Below, in pieces: positions 50,921-60,615 of a DNA stretch of 64,000 nt (positions are counted from its first letter, which is position 1; each line of letters starts with the position of its first letter). This stretch comes from Candidatus Krumholzibacteriota bacterium (lineage in GTDB: Bacteria; Krumholzibacteriota; Krumholzibacteriia; JAJRXK01). The stretch covers positions 288,001-352,000 of the forward strand of contig CAVSGG010000009.1 of the NCBI GenBank assembly GCA_963727455.1, written 5' to 3'. A program made the translations under genes and the position numbers. The notes beneath the pieces were generated by a model that had not been told where the DNA came from, ran no database searches, and worked only from the letters and a program-made list of their open reading frames with translations.

Positions 50921-51157
50921 CGACGACGGACCTCCGGATTACGGTAGTGACGCCCCCCACGGGCGAACCTTTCGAATCTAGCATCAGCGGTGGATTTCCA
51001 ACAGGTCTTGCGGTTTTTCGCGCGGAGCTTCCCCGACCTGGCGCCCGAATGGCGGAACTGCGGTCCACTCCCGCAGCTTGAGAATTCAGGCAGCTGAAAC
51101 TACTCTAGAACACTCCGAAGTCGGCAATTCTCATTCGTTCGCGGATCAGGGAGCCCA

Positions 51158-52888
51158 ATGGACGCGCAAAGTGCACTGATCCTCGCCGCCGTGGCTCTCT
51201 GCTTCGGCCCCTTGATCGCGGGGGTGTTGCAGCGGCGATCCAATCTCCATGCCCTGCTGGATGGCTTCATCCTCGTGATGGTGGGAGGGCTGGCCCTTCT
51301 TCACCTCCTCCCCTACGCGCGGGATTCCATCGGTGCCTGGTGCATCCCCTTGGCTGCCATCGGCGCCTTCCTTCCGCTCTACACGGAAAAGAAGCTGCAT
51401 CGACACGATTCGGACGAATCGTCCTCGATCCTGTGGCTCGCTGTGATCGGTCTGGTGCTACACGCGGCCCTCGACGGTGCCGCGCTGGCCGCCAACCAGC
51501 ACGGCATGCACGAGCATCTCACCGAAGGGTGGAGTCTCCCCTTGGCCATTTTGCTCCACCGAGTTCCGGTGGGCCTGCTCATCTGGTGGTCGGTGCGACC
51601 TCAATTTGGATCGAAGATCGCGGTGACGATCCTGGCCGCGATTGGAGCCGCCACTTTCGTCGGTCACGGACTGAGCCGCTTCCTGCTTCCCCTCAGCGTT
51701 GGGCCGGTGTCGGGAATCATCTTCTCCCTCCTCGCGGGCGGCCTTCTCCATGTCGTGATGGACCACCGTCATCAAGGCAAGCATGGAGGCATTCGGGTGA
51801 GCCCTGCATGGGCTGCAACCGGCACAGTGCTCGCGTTGACGATCTTCTTCCTTTTGCCCGATACGGTGCCTCCCGTGCTCCAGCGCGGCTTCCGCAACAT
51901 GGGCTATCTGTTCATGGAAAGTTCGTACGCGGTGGTACTGGGCTTTCTGGGAGCGGGGCTGATGACGATGGTCCCCGCGCGCTCCCTCAAACAACTTCTG
52001 CGGGGAAGCACTGAGGCGTCCAGCGCACTCAAGGGAATCCTCTTCGGCCTGCCGCTGCCCATCTGTTCGTGCGGGGTAGTGCCGCTCTATCGCAGTCTTC
52101 ACGCGCGAGGAGTGCCCGCCGCGGCGGCGACCGCGTTCCTCGTGGCGACTCCGGAATTGGGATTCGACGCGGTTCTGATCTCGATTCCTTTGCTGGGAAC
52201 TTCCGTCACTCTCGTGCGACTTGCTGCGGCATTTCTCGTGGCCCTGATCGCGGGACTGGTGGCGGGAAAGCTCATGCCCTCCACCGCAGCCACCGCATCT
52301 CAAGATCCCGCCACCTTCCCTGCGAGGAATGATCTCAAAGGGGCTCTCGATTTCGGCGTCCGCGAACTTTTCGACGACTTGGGGCCGTGGGTGTTGGTGG
52401 GGATTCTGGTGGCAGGGCTCATCGAACCGATCCTGATGAATGGGCTGATCGCGCTCATTCCTGAAGTGATCCAGGTGCCGATCTTTGGGCTGGTGGCGAC
52501 CCCCTTTTACGTCTGCGCCTCGGGCGCAACGCCGATCGCTACGATTTTCCTGGCCAAAGGTGCCTCGGTGGGCGCGGTATTGGCCTTCCTCCTCACAGGT
52601 CCCGCCACCAACGTCACCACCTACGGTGCCATTAAGGGGGTCCACAAACGCCGCGCGGTATGGATCCTGATGTTCACGGTTCCTGTGAGCAGCATCCTTC
52701 TGGGTTGGCTCGTCAATCTTTTGCCCGGTCTCGCCGCGACGGTTCCCGAGCTGGGGAGCCACGCCCACGCCTATCACTGGTGGCAGAAGGCGGGAGTGGC
52801 TCTCTTCGCCGCGCTACTCTTGGGTTCGCTCTACCGACTCGGCCCACGGGGTCTTTTGCGCCAGGTGGGAATCGGTCGCGGAGCCTGA
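51158..52888 (+). CDS. DUF318/ArsP-type permease fused to an N-terminal ZIP-like domain
   Basis: HAALDG, LLHRVPVG; PICSCGVVP, FLVATPE, PFYVCASGATP, GPATN. Confidence 0.8.
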   Translation: MDAQSALILAAVALCFGPLIAGVLQRRSNLHALLDGFILVMVGGLALLHLLPYARDSIGAWCIPLAAIGAFLPLYTEKKLHRHDSDESSSILWLAVIGLVLHAALDGAALAANQHGMHEHLTEGWSLPLAILLHRVPVGLLIWWSVRPQFGSKIAVTILAAIGAATFVGHGLSRFLLPLSVGPVSGIIFSLLAGGLLHVVMDHRHQGKHGGIRVSPAWAATGTVLALTIFFLLPDTVPPVLQRGFRNMGYLFMESSYAVVLGFLGAGLMTMVPARSLKQLLRGSTEASSALKGILFGLPLPICSCGVVPLYRSLHARGVPAAAATAFLVATPELGFDAVLISIPLLGTSVTLVRLAAAFLVALIAGLVAGKLMPSTAATASQDPATFPARNDLKGALDFGVRELFDDLGPWVLVGILVAGLIEPILMNGLIALIPEVIQVPIFGLVATPFYVCASGATPIATIFLAKGASVGAVLAFLLTGPATNVTTYGAIKGVHKRRAVWILMFTVPVSSILLGWLVNLLPGLAATVPELGSHAHAYHWWQKAGVALFAALLLGSLYRLGPRGLLRQVGIGRGA

Positions 52889-52914
52889 TCGGGGCTCATA
52901 TGCTTCGTGCGCGC

Positions 52915-53505
52915 TCAAGCTGCCTTGGCGAGGGTGACGCTGAGGATGGCCTGGAGCAAGCCAATCACGAAGCCCAAGACGCCCCCAAAGAGCGTGATGT
53001 AACGAAACTGCTTGCGTGAGAAGCCCAGAATGAGCTCTTCGAGAGCGGCGATGTCCATCTCGTTGATGCGGTCTTCGATGCGGCGTGCCACGTCGAAGCC
53101 GCCATCCTGTTCAACCGCCTCCTCGGCCATCTCCTCGATCCCCTCCAGGAGGCGCTTGACGATCATGGGCTTGAAACCGGCGGCCATGGCGGCGATCGGT
53201 CCCAGACTGCGCAGCATTTCCTCGACCTTGGATTCGACCCTGCGGTGAACCTGCTCACCGGTGAAGAACTGATGGATCTCGCGGGTGGATAGGAGCTTCG
53301 TCTCAAAGGTCTCGGCGATGTTGCGCGCGATGACCGCTCGTTGCGCCGGAATCAAACCGGGCGTGAAGGGCAGACGCCAGGGGCCCAGCTTCCTTGCGGC
53401 GTAGGGGTGGAAGAGCATCCGGATGGCGATGTCGTTGGTGACCAGCCCGATCGCCGCCCCTACGAGCGGAAAGATCAGGAATTCCCAGGCAAAAACCGCT
53501 GGCAT
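52915..53505 (-). CDS. DUF445 family membrane protein
   Basis: GAAIGLVTNDIAIRMLFHP, GLIP, ITLFGGVLGFVIG. Confidence 0.88.
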   Translation of the reverse strand: MPAVFAWEFLIFPLVGAAIGLVTNDIAIRMLFHPYAARKLGPWRLPFTPGLIPAQRAVIARNIAETFETKLLSTREIHQFFTGEQVHRRVESKVEEMLRSLGPIAAMAAGFKPMIVKRLLEGIEEMAEEAVEQDGGFDVARRIEDRINEMDIAALEELILGFSRKQFRYITLFGGVLGFVIGLLQAILSVTLAKAA

Positions 53506-53595
53506 ACATGGACCTCCGCGAAAGACAGAGCAGATACACTAGCCCTGGCAGAAACCAGCGCAAGTGGGCGCGAGCTGGAGTGAGGGAGACTGACA

Positions 53596-53715
53596 TTTCC
53601 GTTTTGTTCGATATTATTAGTATTTTTGAGCTAACTATTATAATATTAGTCTAATTATATTACCACTCATTCTATACTTGTCGCTTTTTGAGCTTGGTTT
53701 TTTTATACTTATCCT
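53596..53715. promoter_or_regulatory. AT-rich divergent promoter region with inverted and direct repeats
   Basis: About 26% GC over 120 bp; near-palindrome CTAAcTATTATAATAtTAG (53631-53649); TTTTTGAGCT and TATACTT each occur twice. Confidence 0.55.
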
Positions 53716-54387
53716 ATGGAACTTGTAAAATCTCTGCCCTCATACCTGGTTGTGGCGGGCGAGCTCAGCCTCCCCGCGACAGAATCGGTGGCCTCGCGGA
53801 AGCGGCTGGAAGCGGCCTTGGAGGAGGTGTCGCGCCTGCACCGGCGCCAACTGCGGACGCCCCTTGAATGGAGCGGGGAGCAGGGGCGCGTCTTGACCGT
53901 ACTGCGCCATCCCTCCGCCTTCTGCGAGCTGGTAGCGGAGCTCGAGTCGGAAGCCCAGGGGCTGTCCCTGCGCTGGGGGCTCGGATGGGGACCTCTCCGT
54001 GGAGAGCTTCGTCCGCGCGTGCACGGCATGGGCGGCCCATGCTTCGACCGCGCGCGCGCGGCGCTTGCCACCGCGCACCGGGAAAAAGCCTGGGCTGCGT
54101 GCGCGGGACTCGAGGAAGAGCAGGAGCGCGTGCTGAATGGCCTTCTGCGACTCCTCGGTGCCGTGCGCATGCGTTGGAAACCCAAGCAACGGGAAACGAT
54201 CGCTCTGGCGCGCGCACACGCGCGCCGCAAGGATGTCGCGCGACTACGCGGGGTGAGCGAAGCCACAGTGAGCCGTTCGTTGGATGGCGCGCTCTTCGCC
54301 CCCGTGCTGGCCGCGGAATCCGCGTTCACCACTGCCCTGTCCCTATTCACAGAGCAGCGCGCAAGCCCTCCAGGTTCGCGCGCATGA
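53716..54387 (+). CDS. SatD family protein with C-terminal HTH
   Basis: LRWGLGWG...MGGPCFDRAR, WKPKQRE, VARLRGVSEATVSRSL. Confidence 0.75.
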   Translation: MELVKSLPSYLVVAGELSLPATESVASRKRLEAALEEVSRLHRRQLRTPLEWSGEQGRVLTVLRHPSAFCELVAELESEAQGLSLRWGLGWGPLRGELRPRVHGMGGPCFDRARAALATAHREKAWAACAGLEEEQERVLNGLLRLLGAVRMRWKPKQRETIALARAHARRKDVARLRGVSEATVSRSLDGALFAPVLAAESAFTTALSLFTEQRASPPGSRA

Positions 54388-55312
54388 CGCTCAGAAAATC
54401 TCCGTGGGCGGGACGATTCGCGCAGGGATCGAAGACGACGCTGTGAATGCCCATCTGCAGGAGCTTGCGCTTGCTCGCGGGCAAGGGCACGCCTTCCCAG
54501 ATCATCCAGTCTGCGGCGTCTTTCTTCCGAAGCTCGGCGAGGTGATCCCATTGCTCCTGGCTGGGGAACTCGCCGGGCTCCCACAGAACGGCCACCAAAT
54601 TCAGACCGTAGCGACGCGCGAAGTACTGGAAGATGGGATGAGAGGCGAAGAGAGTCTGGCCGCGGTGCCCCTGAGTGAGGGTGCGCAGGCCGGAATCCAG
54701 GTCCAAGAGGTCCCGCTCTAGAGCCTCGAAATTGCGCCGCAAGAGGAGACTGTCGGCAAAGTCGTGCGCGAGGAAAGCATCGTAGATCGCCCTCGCCTGC
54801 CGGCTCGCCTGGCGGAAGTCGATCCATGTGGTGAAGACGGTGCCGGCGTGCGAGTGCTTTCCCGAGGGTCCATGGGAGTGCGTGATCGCGTTGGGGATCA
54901 CGAGAAAGCTGTCCGCAAAGCTGGCGGAAGTGTCGACCAACTTCTCGGGAGGCAGGGTGGCCCGCTTGACCCACTTGGCATAGTCGGCGCCGTTCAAGAG
55001 GATCAAGTCCGCGCTTTGGTAGCGAAGAACTTCCTCCGCCGTGGGCATCCAAAAGGCGGGGTCCAAATCGGCGGGGGCTGGCAGGACGACTTTGATTCCC
55101 TGCCCGCCGATGCGCTCCGCGAAGTAGCTGAGCGGATAATTCACCGTGTACACAACGGGTTTGCCGCGCCGAAAGGAGGGTGTCCTTTCGCTCTGCTGCG
55201 AATCGTTGCCCTTCTGAGCGCAGCCATCGGCAAAAACCGATGCGAGCAAGAGAAGAGCCCAGAGCAGGACACTGGTTCTGCGTACTTTGAAAGAGCCTCC
55301 GATTGAAGCCAC
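54347..55312 (-). CDS. Metal ABC substrate-binding lipoprotein (ZnuA/AdcA-like)
   Basis: YTVNYPLSYFAERIGG, ADLILLNG, His loop HSHGPSGKHSH, SHPIFQYFARRYGL. Confidence 0.85.
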   Translation of the reverse strand: MASIGGSFKVRRTSVLLWALLLLASVFADGCAQKGNDSQQSERTPSFRRGKPVVYTVNYPLSYFAERIGGQGIKVVLPAPADLDPAFWMPTAEEVLRYQSADLILLNGADYAKWVKRATLPPEKLVDTSASFADSFLVIPNAITHSHGPSGKHSHAGTVFTTWIDFRQASRQARAIYDAFLAHDFADSLLLRRNFEALERDLLDLDSGLRTLTQGHRGQTLFASHPIFQYFARRYGLNLVAVLWEPGEFPSQEQWDHLAELRKKDAADWMIWEGVPLPASKRKLLQMGIHSVVFDPCANRPAHGDFLSVMRANLEGLRAAL

Positions 55313-55328
55313 TGGCCTGCCTCCCGCT

Positions 55329-56510
55329 TCAAGAGAGAATCAGACTGCGGATGATCGCCGAGCCGAAATGGGATGTCACCAGGGTCAGGCCACCGGCCAA
55401 GAGCACGCTCAACACCAGCACGGCGACGATCTCCGAGACCATGAGCGCGGCGATGCGTCGCTTCGATCCGCCGATTTTCACCATAGTGGTGATCTCGCGC
55501 CGGCGCAGCCGGAGAGACAGCATGAAGACCAGGATCGCCGTGGCCAGGGTGGCCAAGCCAACGATCAGCACGGCCGCGATCAAGTAGCTCTGCACGGTGA
55601 AAATTGTGGCGAGGAGATTGCGCATCACCTCGCGCGGGCTCACCAATTGCACCGGCTCCTTCTGTGAGAGATAGCGCCCACGCAGTAAAGTGGACGATTT
55701 TTCGTTCTTGGGGAGAACGATCGCAGCCGTGACCGGAAAGTCCTTCTTTTCGCCGTGGAAATGGAACGAGGCAATGTTCTCTGGGGTGACCTCGTTGTAT
55801 TGCATCAGCGAGGAACCGGCGACGACGGTGCTGCCGTCCTTCTGCACGACTCGCGTACCGCTTCCCGGTTTCGTCAGGTCCTGATGGCCGTGACCGATAC
55901 CCGCGATGATCCAGGTGGTCTTGAGATCGGTGAAGATCACGCGGTCGTCCGGCGTATAGCTGCGCTCCAATATACCCACGACACGCATCTTCAAGGGGTA
56001 GGCGCCGGCGAGATCGAATACGTTTTCCGCCGAAGACACCAGGTGGTCGCCGACCGCGACGCCCAGGCGATGCGCCACTTCCCAACCCACCACACACTCT
56101 CCCAACAGAGCCAGAGTGCGGCCGGACTGCAGCCGCAGACTACGGCATGCAAAGTAATCGAGGGTCGTGCCCACGATGGGAAAGCCGCGGCAGCGAAAGC
56201 GGGTGTAGAGAGGAATCGGCTGCGCCAGACCGGTAGAATCCACCCGTGAGATCTCGGCGTAGCGCATCGGGTCGGGTACGTCCGATTCGAAGTAGAGAGA
56301 ATTCAGGGTCAGCTCCAGAGGACTGCCCTTGGCCCCCAGCAACAGAGGGGTCAGCTTGGCGCGCGCGATCAATTCCGCTCTGCTCTGATTTGCCAGGACC
56401 CGCAAGCCGACCGGAAGATAGATGATGAGCGTAATCGAAGTCACCAGGATCGTGGTCTTCACCCGGTGGTAACTCAAGTAACGCGTGACGAGATAAATGA
56501 CCTCTCTCAT
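55329..56510 (-). CDS. FtsX/MacB-type ABC permease
   Basis: TM1, large periplasmic domain (GAKGSPLELTL, GHGHQDL), three C-terminal TMs, RRREITTMVKIG. Confidence 0.82.
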   Translation of the reverse strand: MREVIYLVTRYLSYHRVKTTILVTSITLIIYLPVGLRVLANQSRAELIARAKLTPLLLGAKGSPLELTLNSLYFESDVPDPMRYAEISRVDSTGLAQPIPLYTRFRCRGFPIVGTTLDYFACRSLRLQSGRTLALLGECVVGWEVAHRLGVAVGDHLVSSAENVFDLAGAYPLKMRVVGILERSYTPDDRVIFTDLKTTWIIAGIGHGHQDLTKPGSGTRVVQKDGSTVVAGSSLMQYNEVTPENIASFHFHGEKKDFPVTAAIVLPKNEKSSTLLRGRYLSQKEPVQLVSPREVMRNLLATIFTVQSYLIAAVLIVGLATLATAILVFMLSLRLRRREITTMVKIGGSKRRIAALMVSEIVAVLVLSVLLAGGLTLVTSHFGSAIIRSLILS

Positions 56511-57202
56511 AGGCCACCGTCCGCCGTTGAGGGCAGCCCGCTTGCCTCCGCATGGAAACGGCTGAAATCGACGACTCGCTCGAAGCGCTCGAGCAAATCA
56601 TGGTCGTGGGTCACGGTGAGCAGTGTCGCACCTTCGCGCTCCACGTACGAAAAGAGGATATCCAGGACCTTGCCCTTGTTGCGCGGATCCAGGTTTCCCG
56701 TGGGCTCATCGGCCAGAATCAAGCTGGGCCGGGGAAGCAGCGCGCGGCAGATGGCCACACGCTGCCGCTCGCCCTGGGAGAGCTGATCCACGTAACGATC
56801 CGAGTCGTGGGAGATGCCCACCACAGCGGCCAGCTCGGCTGCTCGCGCCTTCAGTGCCGGAGCCATCCTCAGCGCGGGATGAATCCGGTAGGGAAGCAGG
56901 ATGTTGTCGAGAACGGTGAGGTATTCCAGGAGTTCGAATTCCTGGAAGATGAGTCCCATGTTGAGAATGCGAAACGCCCTTCTCTCCGCATCGCTCAAGC
57001 TCGTGAGATCGGTTCCATCGTGCACGACTTTCCCCGCCGACGCGGTCACGATTCCGCCGACTAGGTTCAAAAAGGTCGTCTTGCCCGTACCACTGGGCCC
57101 GATCACGGCCACCGACTCCCCTGTTTCGAACCGGAGATCGGGGATTCGCAGGCTGAAATCGCCGTCCGGATAATGGAACTCGAGCTCGTCAACGAGGATC
57201 AT
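56507..57202 (-). CDS. ABC ATP-binding protein (LolD/MacB-like)
   Basis: GPSGTGKTT, LSQGERQRVAICRAL, LADEPTGNLD, VTHD. Confidence 0.93.
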   Translation of the reverse strand: MILVDELEFHYPDGDFSLRIPDLRFETGESVAVIGPSGTGKTTFLNLVGGIVTASAGKVVHDGTDLTSLSDAERRAFRILNMGLIFQEFELLEYLTVLDNILLPYRIHPALRMAPALKARAAELAAVVGISHDSDRYVDQLSQGERQRVAICRALLPRPSLILADEPTGNLDPRNKGKVLDILFSYVEREGATLLTVTHDHDLLERFERVVDFSRFHAEASGLPSTADGGL

Positions 57203-57221
57203 CGCACCTGCTGCCTTGCCG

Positions 57222-57920
57222 TCACCGGCTGTATCGGTCGTCGCGCCACGGATGCGCCGTATTGGAATAGCCTCTCTGCTCCCAAAATCCGGGCTGATCC
57301 TCGCTGAGGATCTCGATTTGCTGTATCCACTTGGCTCCCTTCCACGCATAGAGCTGGGGAGTGATCATTCGCACGGGCCCCCCGTGCTCATGGGGCAGAG
57401 CTTCTCCATTGGCTTCGTATACCAACAGGACGTCATCCTTGAGCGCCTCCTCCAAGGGGAGGTTCGTGGTGTATCCATCGTAGGCGTGGCAGAGCAGGTG
57501 ACTCGCGTCTTCTCGTGGTTCGGCCCGAGCCAGGATCTCGCTCACCCGGACTCCCTTCCAATGGATGTCCAGTTTGGACCAGGTCGTAACACAATGAAAG
57601 TCGCTGATGTCCTCCACCTGCTGGAAGGCGTGAAAACTCTCCCAGTCCAAGTTCAGAGGATTCTCGCAGGCACCGTCGACGCGCAGCCGCCAACTCTCGC
57701 GCGAGAGTTCGGGGCTCACACCCAGATCGAGCACCGGCCATTTCTTCGTTTCGGTCTGGCCCACCGGCAGACGCGGCATCCCGTGACGATTCTGGGGACC
57801 ACTTCCCTGAGGCTCTCGGTCGGAGGCGCCGGGCGTCTCCCGCATTTTGCGCAGAAAGCGCTCTCTGAGCTTCATGCGCTGTCTGACGATCCTCTCCTGG
57901 CTGGATTCTCGGCCGGACAT
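57222..57920 (-). CDS. Sulfite oxidase-like molybdopterin oxidoreductase (YuiH-like)
   Basis: RLPVGQ, DFHCVTTWS, EHGGPVR, YAWKGAKW, GFWEQRGY. Confidence 0.88.
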   Translation of the reverse strand: MSGRESSQERIVRQRMKLRERFLRKMRETPGASDREPQGSGPQNRHGMPRLPVGQTETKKWPVLDLGVSPELSRESWRLRVDGACENPLNLDWESFHAFQQVEDISDFHCVTTWSKLDIHWKGVRVSEILARAEPREDASHLLCHAYDGYTTNLPLEEALKDDVLLVYEANGEALPHEHGGPVRMITPQLYAWKGAKWIQQIEILSEDQPGFWEQRGYSNTAHPWRDDRYSR

Positions 57921-58073
57921 GCTCTTCTCCGCGTTCTCGGGGGAGGCAATCGAAGGAGGCGGGAGAAACTGGGACGAGACATAGTATGATCACGATGGAT
58001 GGAGCTCGCACCCGATAGGGGGATTCTGAACTCGATCGTGGAGCTGCCCCGGCACTCCAGGAAGGAAACGCAC

Positions 58074-59282
58074 TTGTCCTCACCGCTTCTGCGCGCTCTC
58101 GTGGCGCTCTACTGCGCGAGCCTGTTCTTGGCTTGGCCCTCGAGGACTCCACGCGCCCAGGAGAGCGGGCCCCGGGTTCGCTTCACATTGGTGGTGACCC
58201 TTCCGGATGCCACGCAACAAGACGAGCCGGTCTACCTCTCCACCGATCACGATGGATGGCGCCCGGACGATCCAAAGTACCGGCTGCAGGCGCGCCCGGA
58301 TGGACGATGGCAGCTGCACTTGAGCTCCCCTGTCGAACGACCGCTGCTGTTCTTGTTCTGCCGTGGAAGCTGGGACAGGGTCGAGGTGAACGCGGACGGC
58401 TCGTCTCTCGACGCGCGGCGATTGCGACCGCGAGACGGCGCGAGCTACGAGTTGACGGTGGCCCGATGGGCGGATACCGAGGTGTCGACGATCGCAGGAC
58501 ATGTCGAGTCTTTCGTGGCGCCTTCCTTCCTGCATGGTCGGCGCTGTTGGATCTACCTCCCGCCCGGCTATGCCGGAGGCGAGCGCCGCTATCCCGTGTT
58601 GTACATGCACGACGGACAAAACCTCTTCGACGAGGAGCGCTCCTACGCCGGGGAATGGCGGCTCGACGAAACCCTGGAGCGATTGATTTCCAAAGGAGAA
58701 CTTCCCGCACTCATCGTGGTCGGCATCGAAAATGGCGGCGCTGCGCGGATGCAGGAATACGGGCCCTGGTACGACGCGAAATGGAATGCCGGTGGCGGGG
58801 GGGACAGCTACCTGCGAGCGGTGGCGGACACCCTCAAGCCCGCCATCGATGCGAAGTACCGCACACTGCCCGAGCCAAAACACACCTACATGGCCGGATC
58901 CTCCATGGGCGGGTTGATCTCGGCCTACGCCGGCTTGAAGTACGCGAAGGTGTTCGGCGGTGGGGTCGCCGCCGTCTCCCCTTCCTACTGGTGGGCTCAG
59001 GAGCGCATTCTCGAAGTGGCCAAGCGAGCCGGCCGACCCGAAACCCGTCGTTTCTACCAGGACATGGGCAGCCTGGAATCCGGCGGTTTCGAGGACGAGA
59101 ACCACGATGGAGTCGAGGATTCCATCGGCAGACTCCGCGCCATGCGCGACATTCTCGTCGCCGATGGGATGAAGGAGGGCCAGAATCTCCTCAGCGTGGA
59201 AGCGGTGGGGGCCCGTCATCACGAACGCGACTGGGCGAAGCGGCTCCCCGAGCTCCTGCGCTTCCTCTTGGCGAAGGAGTAG
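58074..59282 (+). CDS. Secreted alpha/beta hydrolase (IroE-like esterase) with N-terminal CBM-like domain
   Basis: YLPPGY, YPVLYMHDGQNLF, GSSMGG nucleophile, HHERDW. Confidence 0.85.
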   Translation: MSSPLLRALVALYCASLFLAWPSRTPRAQESGPRVRFTLVVTLPDATQQDEPVYLSTDHDGWRPDDPKYRLQARPDGRWQLHLSSPVERPLLFLFCRGSWDRVEVNADGSSLDARRLRPRDGASYELTVARWADTEVSTIAGHVESFVAPSFLHGRRCWIYLPPGYAGGERRYPVLYMHDGQNLFDEERSYAGEWRLDETLERLISKGELPALIVVGIENGGAARMQEYGPWYDAKWNAGGGGDSYLRAVADTLKPAIDAKYRTLPEPKHTYMAGSSMGGLISAYAGLKYAKVFGGGVAAVSPSYWWAQERILEVAKRAGRPETRRFYQDMGSLESGGFEDENHDGVEDSIGRLRAMRDILVADGMKEGQNLLSVEAVGARHHERDWAKRLPELLRFLLAKE

Positions 59283-59444
59283 TCCCGCGCGCGGATTTGC
59301 TGCGCCGCGGTGGACCCGGGCCCGCTCCTCAATCTCAATACTTGTATACCCGGGTAGAAACGGATAACTCAGGGCGACGACTTTTTCCCGCGACCAAAGA
59401 GGCGTACTCTCCTTTCGCACCACACACTCTCGAAGGAGGATTCC

Positions 59445-60461
59445 ATGCTTCCACCGCCCCCCGAGTCGCACTGGAGCGGCATCCCCCGCCAACGCTTTGC
59501 CCAACTGCCTACCCCGCTCGTCGAGGCCCCTCGCTTGAGTGAGCGCCTGGGCGGGCCGCGCATCCTGATCAAGCGCGACGATCTGAGCGGCCTCGCGTTC
59601 GGTGGAAACAAGGTGCGCAAATTGGAATTTCTTCTTGGAGAGGCCCTGGCCCGTGGCTGCGACACCGTCATCACCGGAGGCGCGCAACAGTCCAACCACA
59701 GCCGTCAGACCGCGGCCGCCGCGGCGAGCTGTGGCCTGGCCTGTCACCTGGTCCTGGCGGGCGAGACCCCGACGGCGGTCCCCGAGGGAAATTTGCTGCT
59801 CGACCTGCTGTGCGGAGCGATTCCGCACTACTGCGGCGAGCATCGCAAGGGCGAGGACATTCCCGCGCTGGCAAAGCAGCTCGAGACCGAGGGCGCACGT
59901 CCCTACCTGGTTCCCTACGGCGGATCCAATCCCCTCGGCGCACTGGGCTTCGTGAACGCGGCGCGCGAGCTGGCTGAGCAGCTGAGCGAGCGAGGCGAGA
60001 AGCCCAGTCACGTGATCTTCGCCTCGAGCTCGGGAGGAACCCACGCCGGGCTGGCCCAGGGATTGGCCTGGTACGCGCCCGATGTCATTCCCTTCGGAAT
60101 TGGAATTGATCCGGAGGAGGGACGCTCCGAGGACTTCAAAGGCCAGGTGCTTGCGATCGCTCGCGGAGCAGCGCAGCTCCTCAAGAGCGAGTCCTCGCTC
60201 GACTCCAGAGACATTCACTACTCCGGCGAATTCCACGGCGAGGGTTACGGCGTGATAGGAGAGGGTGAGAAGGAAGCGCTGCGGCTGGTGGCCACCACGG
60301 AGGGGGTCGTCCTCGATCCGGTCTACACAGGCCGCGCCATGAAGGGGCTGATCACACTGATCCGGTCGGGGGAGTTTTCGTCCGACCAGACCGTGGTGTT
60401 TTGGCACACTGGTGGGCTCCCCACCCTCTTTCAACGCGCAAAGGAGCTGCTGTCTGCTTGA
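59445..60461 (+). CDS. dcyD: D-cysteine desulfhydrase family PLP enzyme
   Basis: KRDD, GGNKVRKLE, QSNH, SSGGTHAG, DPVYTG (Thr rather than the ACC deaminase Glu), HTGG. Confidence 0.88.
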   Translation: MLPPPPESHWSGIPRQRFAQLPTPLVEAPRLSERLGGPRILIKRDDLSGLAFGGNKVRKLEFLLGEALARGCDTVITGGAQQSNHSRQTAAAAASCGLACHLVLAGETPTAVPEGNLLLDLLCGAIPHYCGEHRKGEDIPALAKQLETEGARPYLVPYGGSNPLGALGFVNAARELAEQLSERGEKPSHVIFASSSGGTHAGLAQGLAWYAPDVIPFGIGIDPEEGRSEDFKGQVLAIARGAAQLLKSESSLDSRDIHYSGEFHGEGYGVIGEGEKEALRLVATTEGVVLDPVYTGRAMKGLITLIRSGEFSSDQTVVFWHTGGLPTLFQRAKELLSA

Positions 60462-60615
60462 GATCGGCGAGAGCCCAAAGCCGCCTCGAGCCATCTGGGA
60501 GCCGAGGCAAGCCAGAGTTTCGCTTGGCTGGAGCTCGAGTTGGTGCTAGGCCTTTAGGTCGAGACGAAACGAAGATAGTCTTTCGTTCCCCGGTTCCACC
60601 TAGAGAGGAGCTGTC

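Noticed and set aside
51078-51135. TTGAGAATT...AATTCTCA inverted repeat as a Fur/Zur box
   Set aside because: Half-sites are about 40 bp apart, unlike a canonical box.
53596-53715. AT-rich patch as oriC or dif site
   Set aside because: No TTATCCACA DnaA boxes, no convincing XerD arm (TTATGTTAAAT) and no dnaA/par context.
59283-59444. Possible riboswitch or sRNA in the dcyD leader (also 37415-37605)
   Set aside because: No recognisable consensus by eye; an Infernal/Rfam scan would be needed.
58080-60494. 804-aa minus-strand ORF
   Set aside because: Antisense shadow of the esterase and D-cysteine desulfhydrase genes; no motifs; common in GC-rich DNA.
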